19,004 bases of DNA from positions 1 through 19,004 of the forward strand of contig JBHGNT010000619.1 in the NCBI GenBank assembly GCA_043228905.1, in the 5' to 3' direction. Shown here piece by piece: positions 1 through 11,400 of this stretch; position 1 is the stretch's first letter, and the number at the start of each line of letters is the position of its first letter. The stretch is from Azolla caroliniana (lineage: Eukaryota > Plantae > Polypodiophyta). The translations under genes were made by a program, and so were the position numbers. The notes below the pieces were generated by a model. It had not been told where the DNA came from and made no database searches. It was given only the letters and a program-made list of their open reading frames with translations.

Positions 1-476
1 AGTCTCCTAGATCGCCACGTGTTCCCATGTGTCCCAACTCCTAGGATAACCAGTTTCCTACCTATCTTACCCTTAAAAACAATAAAAATAGCCATTATAA
101 TTGGTTTACAAGGCCATGTGTATAATAATTACTCCTCCATGGATTAATGTATTGGAGGCCATTCATGATATCCATGGATTATTGTATAGTGCTATCATAT
201 GTCTTTCATTTGTCTACAATCCATGCAATGGTTCCCAAAGTAACCATCATATTTCATTCTATACCAGCATAGATAATCTTGGTCTTTGGCAAAGTCGCAA
301 CTAATAATACAGGAAGCTCTTACTACATAAGAATCTGATCAATGAAATGCAAAATGGATATTCACATGACAATAAAAAGGTCAGTTCAAAGGCAGCAGGC
401 AAAAATATATGTTGCTAAATGTACGTTCACAACAGAATACAAAAGCTTTGTTTGTGAATTGTAAGTGAAAATTGAC

Positions 477-557
477 CTTCAGATATCGAATTGCAGAGCT
501 CAAATGCCATTCCTTTTCTTTTTCCCCATTAAAGCTAAAAAGTAGTAAGCTTGATTC
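477..557 (-). CDS. IFT122: IFT122 exon 13 ([27 protein letters not shown])
   Basis: aatcag| acceptor and AAG|GTCAAT donor; 81 nt; lies within ORF 381..587. Confidence 0.93.
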
Positions 558-3500
558 CTGATTCAAATCATCCAAAAACAATACCAAATTTTAGCTATGA
601 ATAGCCCACACATTGACTATCACTAACAACACTAAAAAATAAAGAAACTCTGATAGGCCTTAATATCTTGATTCATCCCATGCATTAAAGTAAGTTCGTC
701 TTATAGCCAAGACCTGGGTTATTCCCCTAAATTGTGCTTATTTACCACATTTTCCTACCATATTTTGTCCAAAAAAAGATACTACGTTAGTATTAAGAAA
801 ACCCCCCTAAGGCTAGACATAAAAATGTACCAAAGAGCCCTTATTTTCTAAATTCTAACCTTCGGTTTAAATAAATACTTCACCTTATCAGAAATCCGTC
901 TATAAAATATGCCTCTGTCCCAGATGGCATGCAACTCCATATTCCTACCATATTCTTATTATTGGAAAGAAATTATACACATTGAAACTGGTCACACTTC
1001 TAATCTCTAGCTTATCATTTTCATGTGAGTTCCTATTCGTGCCATATCTTATTTATTTGATTCTGGCAGTATATATAATTTTCTTAGAATGAACAATGTT
1101 TCATAAATTTACAATTTTACTAAAGATCCTCAAAATGATAGCGTAAGAAATCAAAATTATTCACAATCATTGATGGTTTATAAACAATAAAAACATCTAT
1201 GTCGTGGTTGCGGTTATAACTAGTTGAAATAGTTCACCTGGCATAATATAACATGAGCTGAGGTTAAAACAAGGAGACTATAATCAATGTCTGCAGTGAT
1301 TTGAGTAGATATTTGATCATTTTCTTGTGTGTCATTGTTTTGATGAAGCTCATAGATGACAATTCTGCTTGGGAGTTGAACTGCCACCTTTTTCTGGTAA
1401 ACTGCTATTTTAGATATATACTCACGACATTCAATTCTGACCTGAAACAGAGATGGATAAATAAGACATACTGGGAATGAAACTGGATGAAATCAAATCA
1501 GTTATTTTTCTAGTTTAACGTATGCTTCACATAAACAAGATTCAAGTTGGAACAAACTAGACTTCGTAAAATCTATGCCAACCATCATCATTTTAAGATA
1601 CAATGTCTATTTTGGTCTCATAAACCATTTTGCCAGATAAAATTTTTGTGCATGGGCCACCCCCACTATACGACACTCTTTCTACAAATGTCCCAATATG
1701 GATTTACTACTGGGACTTCTTTAGATGGATACACATCTATCTCATGAGCTCCACTATCATGGGAAGCTTAGGACTTTTTTGCATTAGATAGATATTGAGA
1801 CAGGCAGGTATGTACTCGAATCTGTGAAAGAATGGATCAGCCAATTATGCCATTGAGGGGTGAAATCTGAAAAACATTATGTCTGCCATTGTGCCATTTT
1901 TTATGAAATAAGGAGGAGATATCAGTGTCTCTCCAATCAAACCTTTGGCCCACTCCAAAAGGTAATGGAATACAAACAGCAATGGTGCTTGGGAGTGTTC
2001 TTGCTAGAACTTAGGAGGTATAGAGGGAAGTTGTTAAAAAGACAACAATACAACTTAGGAGGTATAGAGGGAACCATAATGAATTTCTTTAGATTCATCA
2101 CTCCTTATCCTAGAAGTCAATCAAGAACTACAAAAGTAGATGCTAGAACAAGCCACTGAAAGGGGCTACTATAGATAAGAAAGTAGGAATGTCTCGTCCG
2201 CATAGACCATGATCATTTGTGCCATGGCTTTGTCATCTTTGTCATTGAGAAATAAAGACCATTATCACCCATTGAAGGAGATTCACATCCCTCGGAAATC
2301 TCTCCATCCTGGAGCAGGTTGTGTTGGAGGATTTTTGAAGACAAAAGTTTTGGAGGATTTTTGAGGACATTAATGTAACTTTCTTTCTTCAAATACAAAT
2401 ACCAATGGTGCTTGGTACTACTTATGCTAGAACTCAAGAGACACAAGTCGTTGTCATATATTAAAAGGGTTTAGAGTTTAGGCCTTTATTGGAGATACAT
2501 TACAGGCTGAGGTCTCTATTGATCCAACTTTCGAATATTAAGTGTTTCAAAAATTGATCCTTTAGTACCCAATGTTTAGTTAAAATTATTATGGTTTCTT
2601 TTCTCAAATTTGAGACATTTAAGATATAACCTTTTGTTCAATCTTATTGGCTATTTTGGCATTTTTAAATCCATCAATACAATTTTTCTTTCTTTTTCTT
2701 TCTTGATAGATGCGTGACAAAATCTTCTTCAAAAGGTCAAAGAGGAATTGAATTTCTTAAAAGTAGGGAGTGAGTACCAAAAGACTAACAAAACAATACT
2801 ATACTACAGAAATTAGTTTCAATAAATTTCACTTCCATGGTAATTTATACCTACCGTTCTTTTTCTCCTCAATGGAGGGTAATAAGTTTTGGGTCATTTA
2901 GCACAAGTTTGCACAGCTTGGCAGTGCAAGCATTTCCACACATTAGAGTGTATATGGTGAGATATTGCCTCCCGGAATAATTGGTTTGTTGAATATGGTG
3001 AGATATGCACCCAAATACAAAGAGAGGTCACCCATGGAATCATTAAATATTGACAGACAAAAGGGTTTAGGACATAAGTTAATTGTTGGACTAAAAAGAA
3101 ATAATACAGGGCATTAGAGCAAGCAGGTTTCAGGAGCAAGTCTGTTCTTTCTCACCTACAACTTTTGGATTGCACATTGATGAGATTTCTGATTAGGGGA
3201 GCAGGACAAAGCTTTGCAGGAGTTTCAATAGCAATCTTATTGTATGTGAATGAATTGTAGCCATTTCAAATTCACATGAGAGACTATAGACCCATCTAGA
3301 AACAGTGATGCCTTTCTGTACGGCCAGATCTCTCAAAGTCAAGGTTGGAAAATCTGAGACATTTATAGGATATCAAACAAATGCATCCATTTTTCACATC
3401 TGATGGGTTGCTGGTAGAGTATGTAAAATCATATATACCCTTTGAAATCCCTTTTAAGGGCCCAAAATTCTCTGAGGAAGGCAGCAGATGCAGAGGTTTG

Positions 3501-5446
3501 CAACCTTGGGGTCATTGGTTAAAATCATATTACACATTATCAGGTGCAACCCATTAATAGTAGAACTAGGAACTTGACCGGTGGTCACTAAAGCCCTCTC
3601 CCAAGCAGTTAACCTCTGTAGAGATTGTGGGAACCTCTCACCCATGATTGGCACGTAACTGATACTCACCATTAAGTACCTGGCTCAAACTTCATAGTAG
3701 GGACATCGATGATCTTCCCCCTTCTAATACACCTTGCCTACCCCTTTTCAGATCTCAACACACAGAACCGGCTCATGTAATCAACACAGGCAGACATTGT
3801 GAAGCTGGAAAAAGAAGGAGTTTGGATGAATCAACTGTTCCCCTTAGGATCAAGCAAAGAATATATGCCTCCAAGTGTGAAGAAGTCTAGGCTGAAGGCT
3901 TGAAGCTGCAGGTCCGGTGTGCAGCAACACGATGTCAACGGTAGCTGCTGCTGCTCCATAACCATGTTGAGCTTGGGTTGGGATGGCTCAAGCCCAACCT
4001 AACCGTTTTGGGCCAAACTGTTTTGGGAATCGGTTCGGTTCAAGTTCGAAAACTCCCAAACCAGTTAAGGCTTAACTGGGCTTGGTTTGGGCAAGGCTAA
4101 ACCGGTTAAGCCGAAAGTGAACCGTTGCCGATTCCTAGATTGCTTGCTGTTGGCAACTGCACTGGCCTGGGGACCCGGGAAGAGAGAGAGATAGAGAGGT
4201 TCCTCTAATTTGTAGGCCTCTAAGGCCATTTGGTCTTTACCTTGCTCCTTCGTCATACTTGATCTCGACCTAGCAATGTTGGGATCTTGCCGACCCAAAA
4301 ACATCGATCATCGATTCGTAGGGTGGTGCCAAGGTGCTTCAAATTGGGTTTCTCCGACCCATGATTTCGCCAAAGGCCTATCTTCTTTCTCCACTAAGTC
4401 GTTTTTCCCCTTTTTGCATTTCCCCTTTTGCACCAAGCACACGTGCTTTCATCATCATGGGCGCTTGTATTATTGTCGGGTCACGAGTCTGTGTTGGGTG
4501 TACCTTGGATCTCTTCGTGTCTTCAGGTGCCAAGCCAATGGCCGAGCTTACACTTATTATCTTTCATCTACGTACACCTTGCTCAGGATTTAGAAAAAAA
4601 ACCTGATGGCTACGATGAAGAAGATGAAATGAATCGTTTCAAGGTTGTGTCTTAGGAATCGGCAATGGTTCGTAGTTTGGGGGTTTCCAAACCTGGACCG
4701 GAACGGACCGGTTTCTATACCGGTTTGGACAAGCCGATTAAGCCTTACCCGGCTTGGTAACCAATTTGAGCAATCCCAAACCAAGTTCAAACCAGTTAAG
4801 GAAGCTCAAGCCTAAACCGAACCACCAAACCGCGCGATTTGGCGGTTCGGTTTAGGCTCGAGCCAAGCCGTTGCTGATTCCTACCATGTCTTTTCACTCG
4901 TACTAATCGAGTGACAATAACCGCAGAAGGACTATAAAAGAGAAGCACCTTGGTCTCAAGTGAACACAAAAATTGAAGAAGAAGAGATTAGGAGTGCAAG
5001 AGAATCATCACTTAAAAGAGAATTTACCAAAATAGCCCTTATTTTTCCAGAAAGTTTGAAAATGTTTTCATGTATGTACATATATTATATGCATACATAT
5101 ATAAATTGGGGGGTAGGCTGAGACAGAGCAGGGCCTTCGGAAGCCTGCAAGATCTCTGCGCGGAGATAGGCAGACAGCTGCACGCCTTGATCGATCGATC
5201 GATCGATCGATCGGTCGGTCTCTCTCCTCTGCCTGATACCCAGAGAAAGGATCCATGGGCAAGAAATTGGATGGAGGGGTTGCAGGGAGCAGGGGTTTGC
5301 GAGATGCTAGTAAAGTGTTGATCGCCGTGTCTTTGGGCACCCTCATGGGCCTCCTCTGGTCCTTCTACCAGCCCCACGGACTCTTCTCTCACTATCGGGT
5401 ATGCCTGCAATCTTTCGACCTCTGTGTTCTTGTATGATAAAGAGTG

Positions 5447-5478
<32 letters not shown>

Positions 5479-8400
5479 CCCATATGGATGTAAGCACAGT
5501 TGGTAAGGTTCTGTGGCGAAGTCGAGAAGCTCATGCCTTCCAAGTTCCAACTCCTACATTCCACAGTGGCATCTAGTAAACTTAAGAAGAAATATGTATG
5601 GTATATATTAAGGAGGTGTGTAAGCCTAGCCTTTGAACCCCAAGGCCTAGGATTGGTAGAGTCTTGGTAGCATGGGCTATTTGTACCGAGTCTACAATTG
5701 AAATCAGTGTATATGATCAGGATCAGTATGTTATTGCTATCCTAGTAGGGATGTATGATAGATATGATCTGCGCAATTTCTGCCATAGTGTAAGTGTATG
5801 ATTAGTTATTGAATTACTACTATAATGTGGATGCATGGAAAGATTTTAGAGAGAGAGAGAGTTATTTGTTTTTTCTTTGTTTTTGTTTTGCAAAGATGTC
5901 CTGTGAAAGAGAACCTCTAGGTCAAATCGACTCTTTGAAAGAAGAGCTGACAACACTCAAAGAGGAAAATACTGTTCTCAAAATAAACCTCAAGCAGATA
6001 GAGCAGCAGAAGGTAGCAGCCCTTCAACAGTTTGCTGCTCTTGGTCCACCGAAGAAGGCTGGAAAACTGGGTACAGTGAGAAGTCTGAGGACAAGTCCAC
6101 CTGTGAAGCCCGATATGAGCGTGAATCCAGAACTTGCCAAGATCTTGGCCAAAATAGCCCCAAATCAAGAGCTCTTAGTTGGAATTGCTAATTACAATGT
6201 AAGAGAGATGGTGAGGGTGTGGTTCTCTTCAATAAAGAGTGCAGGTATCAGTAATTACCTCCTTGTGGCATTAGATGATCCGATTGCTGAATTCTGTCGA
6301 TCAAACCAAGTGCCATTTTATCGGCGAGATGCCAGCATTCCAGATGCTCAGAAAGGAACTGGTGCTAACCATGCTATCTCAGGCCTTAAATTTCATCTCT
6401 TGAGAGAGTTTTTGGTGCTGGGATATAGTGTTCTGCTTTCTGATGTGGACATCCTCTTTTTTCAAAATCCCTTCTTACATCTCTATAGAGATTGTGATGT
6501 CGAATCCATGACAGATGGGGATACAAATTATACAGCATATGGTTATGATGATGTCTCAGATGATGCGAAGATGGGTTGGGCAAGGTTTGCCCATACTATG
6601 AGAATATGGGTATTTAACTCAGGGTTATTCTACATTAGGCCAACTGTTCCATCTATTGAATTGCTGGACCGTGTAACTACTCGGCTAGCAAAAGAAAAAG
6701 CATGGGATCAAGCGGTATTCAATGAGGAGCTCTTCTTTCCATCTCACCCGGGTTATGAAGGGCTTCATGCATCAAAGAGAGTTATGGATTACTACCTCTT
6801 TATGAACAGCAAAGTCATGTTCACAAAGATAAGGAAAGACCCTAGCTTTGACAATTTTCTGCCGGTTTCCTTGCACGTGAATTATCATCCAGATAAGTAT
6901 GAACGGATGGTTGCCCTTGTGGAGTATTTTACCAAGGGAAAAAAAGATGCATTAAAGAGATTTCCCGATGGGTCAGAGTGAGATTATGAGTCAGAGTGAG
7001 ATTATCAATGGGTCAAGAGTGAGATTATGAGTCAGAGTGAGATTATCAATGGCAGGAATATCAGACTGTACTGATAATCAACTTTTTTAGTGGTTTCTTG
7101 CTTGTACTTTGATAAGAATGTTACTCGTTGCAGGTGCTTCCCTTGCTTCAGAGACCTCTCCATTATCATTATGGATCTACCTATGTTAGAGATCTTTTGG
7201 AGACTACAAATTTCAATATATCTGACTCATACCGGTAGCAAGACTCTTTAGTCACTTTTTATCTTATTTACTTTTTTTTAACTTTAGAAACATTTTGGTT
7301 TGTTCTCAAAGGCGAGACAACAATTGAGATGTAATCTTTTGTTTGGTCTTACAGATCATTTCAGCCTCTTAAAAGATGTTAATATATCTTTGTCTCTCAG
7401 AATTGTGTCTTTATCTGTCAATTTTTATTTGTACTCAGATTTTTTAAAATTGACTCAGATCTTGTATCTAACGTTCATATTAACTAAAGGTTCCATTCTT
7501 TTTTGACTTATTCAATGTAAGGTCCTACCAAGTAGTGGGAAAAGAACATGTCACACTAATTAACTGATTGGCTGATTCAATATAAAACCGTACCATGTAA
7601 ATAACTAGTGGAAAAAGAACATATCATACTAATTAACCAATGGCAATAAAGACTTAAATGGTTATTGAAACATACGAATACATGCCTTCTCATTGGAAAT
7701 TAAATTTTGAACGATGACATCAGTCAAAGACTCTCGGAAGGCATACTGCTCTAGGTGTAGACCATGTATCTGTCACATAAAGGAATGATCCATTGTCAAA
7801 TAATTAAAATTTAGAATGTTTGCACCACGTTTATCTTGGTCTATTGGTAAATTGAAAGAATAATCATTCTCGATAAAAATCTACTATATGTACAAACTAA
7901 GTGTACAGTTTACCAGATTAATTTTACCACTGTCATTAACAAGTTCATAGGGCCTACCAAATGGAAGTCAACTCTAGGAGAAAAGATAGATACATTGAAA
8001 ATCGAAAGTAAAAAAGCTTATGTTCTTCCACATAAATAGGACGTCATGAGCTATTCATGCAATCAGCAACATAGTACTATACTGGAATTGGATATTATAG
8101 GAGAGAGAAGCTCTGAAGCCACATGAGATACTACTACAAGGGTGATGCTTGCCCTACGAGATATATATGTATATAATCAAGATTCGAAATATTTAAATCT
8201 GAAATCATACCTTCATGAATACTATCTGAACCATGGAAATGCAACCATCATTGCACGCAATAGCAACATAATCTTGTTTAGGATGTGATCTTACAACAGA
8301 GATCTGGTCCAATGTCTCGCACAGAATTGCAAGCTTAACACCTTCTTTTGTGTAGAATACAACCTGAAATTGTATATTATTAAAACACTTCCTACCCCAA

Positions 8401-11400
8401 AATTACAATAGCAAAGAATCTCACCTTATTTGTCGGGGAAAACTTAAATCATGCAAAAACCAGTCGCAAAGTTTCCATATACTCTTTAATAATGAGGTGA
8501 GTACACAATGGTATGCCATCATCAATTGCAAGGAGTATGGATAAGACTAAAGGTATTGATTCTAGGAGGTTTATTTTACCTTGGATCAGCACAGCACTTT
8601 CTTTTAGTAATTTACAATAAGCTTTTTCTCAGTCATTTTGTATAAGCTTCCGGTTTTTGTAGGTACAAAGAGGTATGCACTGGATCCTGGAGTTAATATC
8701 TCAATTGAAATGAGGATGATGGGATGCTAGTGCAGTTTAGGATATTCTTGGATAAAAACTAGAAGAGACTATACAGCACCTAGAAAAAGAAAAAACTGAT
8801 TCACTTAAAGATAATAAATGGTGGGTTGGTCACCTCCTGATCCCAGACGAGATCTCTCCTGTCCAACACCAGAGACGGAATGTCCGTGATAACTTTCAAA
8901 TATAGGTTCTCATTCACTATGGATAGAACCTAGAGAAACCTTTAGAAGGTTCTGTATCCTTTTGGGGTCCTCATATATCCTGCCCTCTTAAGCATTTTTT
9001 AAGGTTTGAATATATTCTGTCCAGATTCTGTAACGAAAATAACTTCTCCATCAAGTGTGCACACAAAAGACCAACACAGAGTAGAGCAGAAAAAAGCTCA
9101 CATTGGGACGTGGTGAAGGTAATGAAGAGAAGTATATCACTCAAATTGTAAGTAATGCCCATGATAGGCTGACAAACCAACAAGCTGGCCCACATGTGAC
9201 GAAAATCCTGAAACCTTCTAGCACCCGACCAATCAACTCTTCCTCGGATTTAAGGTCAAGCCAATTTAGTCATCCTTGTTAGCCATCCTATGAAGCATAG
9301 GTAATTCATGAGTAGCAATGATGAACAAAGAAAACTCGATGTGGACATCCCTGCCTGACTAATGTAAACAAATTACTGGATTTTGTAACCAAACCATGGA
9401 ACTGATGTAAATTTAAGACGGGGCATACAGCATGCACACACCACATTTTGTATTGGCCCCAATACAAGAATTCAACTTATTTGAGCATAAGTATTTTCTA
9501 AATCTAGAATTGGCATAAAATTGTAATGTTTTGTATAATTTAATCCACGCCATTTGTATAACTAAATTGTGTGCAATGTCCATTCCCCATCTAAATCCAT
9601 AGTCACTAGGATGAACTAATGATGTTGACATTTCTGCACAATGATGGTAATGACTGCAATGAAAAATTATATCATCCATTGAAAGTTTCTTCCGCTGAGT
9701 AAACATGCCAGGATTTGCAAGTTTAGGTAAAAGCTAATGAGCCCAACCTTATATAAATTTGAAATCATGCCAGATCACAATGAAACAATAACTGGTGTCT
9801 TATGTCGACAGCATAAAATTTTAAGGATTCATCAGTAAGGCCATCCTATCTCAAACTCTATCCAGCAGAAAAGTGAGAAACCACATAGTTTGTCATCAAA
9901 ATTTTCCAGGGACATGATCTCTCACGCTGCATCATATAGATCTTCTCCTCATTGTCCAGCTCTATCATCCTTTAATGGATTCCCAGTTTCCGTAAGTGCA
10001 TCATTTACAATCCTACAATCACATTCATTGGACCAACATTGACTACAGAGTTATAAAGGTAGGTGAGGGTGTAATCTACCTGCCTGTTGGAGCCACCAAT
10101 ACAAATAAATTGTGTACCATAGTAACACAATGAACAAGAGTTAAAACCAAGGTTGTTATCCTTTCCAACCTGTCAAAAGAATGAGATGGCAACAGAGTTT
10201 CTGTTAAGTTTCAACCAGAAATAATCCTGAAACTGTGGAATTTTCCGTATCTACCACATGAAAATAGCAAACCTGCTTGCCTGATAAGTCGTAGAAAGAC
10301 AAAGTTCCGTCCATACAGCCAATAGATAGAGTACTAGATGTCTTATTTTTTGTTACATTCCATTGTAATGCACAGACAGCAGAACTTCTCTCAATTTTCA
10401 TCTGCTCTCACCGAAAAATATAAAGCAAAGATGTTATATTTGCCATTCTCTAAAGAATCTCCAATAGAATCTCAACAGAATTTCCAAAACACATGAAGTT
10501 TAACACCATCAAACTATGCACATTATTAATCTTTTTTCTTTCAAAGTATTCATTGCTGTTCTCCCATGAAGCTATCATCAAATCATGCTGCAACGACCTC
10601 AAAAACTAATCCAAATTACAGTGAACATGTTGCACATGCAAAATACAGTTCTCAGCAAACAATCTTCAACAAAAGACCACCTACATGAGCCTTCTCAAAA
10701 GGAAAATAAAATAAACCTCTTTTATAGATTAAAAAAATTGTACATTGTGTTCCGAATGTTCATTTCGGGTTAAAACTTTGATTCCAAGAACAAACATGGA
10801 ACCCATGAACGCAATCAACTCAATGAATGGTGAATCACATCTTGGTTGCCTCTCCTTCTCTAACTGTTTTTTAATATCGTAATCAGACTTTATGAGTATT
10901 GTGCAACAAGAATATTAGCAGAACATGGTGATCATTTGAATAATAGATTAAACAACCCAAAAACAACTACAGCCAATATGACATTGAGAGAACCTAGTCA
11001 GAAATAGCCACTGGCTATCTTTGCAAATATAAAAAATCATGCTGAAACTAAAGAATTCTGGTTACTTTAATCATGTGGGGATGGGTTGTTCCCCATGATC
11101 TCAGAATAGGTATTAAAAATCTATTTTCCATCTCTCACTAGGATATGAGTGAATCTCATAGAGAGAAAAATCCAGCACGCCCACCATCCATCCCTTGAAG
11201 GAAAATGTTCTCAAAAAAAGTCGTATTTGTCCTCTAAAAGATGTAGAAAAAAAATATGTAAGTAGTGTTTGTAGTTGAATCTGTTTGGATGGATATACAG
11301 ATTATTTGAGAGAATTGATTGGGTGAATATAGAAATTATAAAAACTCTTGGATCATGAGATCTGTTACCTGTAGCATGCAAAGAATGCTAACCCACCACT

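Noticed and set aside
1860-2159. 99-aa ORF as a standalone zinc-finger gene
   Set aside because: It is the C-terminal remnant of a LINE ORF2 with in-frame stops upstream and a decayed relative at 14700-15050.
2880-3950. Coding-like stretch with minus-strand ORFs 2894-3139 and 3454-3672
   Set aside because: No motif I can identify and the frames are broken. It is possibly a decayed retroelement; BLASTX would be needed.
5039-5564. Antisense and overlapping ORFs around RRA exon 1, including the 152-aa ORF
   Set aside because: They are stop-poor shadow frames caused by the GC-rich exon and the GATC and AC microsatellites.
5809-5895. First 29 codons of the 390-aa ORF as the RRA N-terminus
   Set aside because: It starts at TTG and runs through a T-rich pyrimidine tract ending in AG. 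It is intron sequence; the real N-terminus with the transmembrane segment is 5255-5398.
6968-7052. Mini CRISPR array or iteron set
   Set aside because: The units are contiguous and derived from the RRA stop region; simple duplication explains them.
9413-9706. 97-aa minus-strand ORF as an extra IFT122 exon or gene
   Set aside because: It is a frameshifted L1 RT fragment, and exons 9 and 10 already join without a homology gap.
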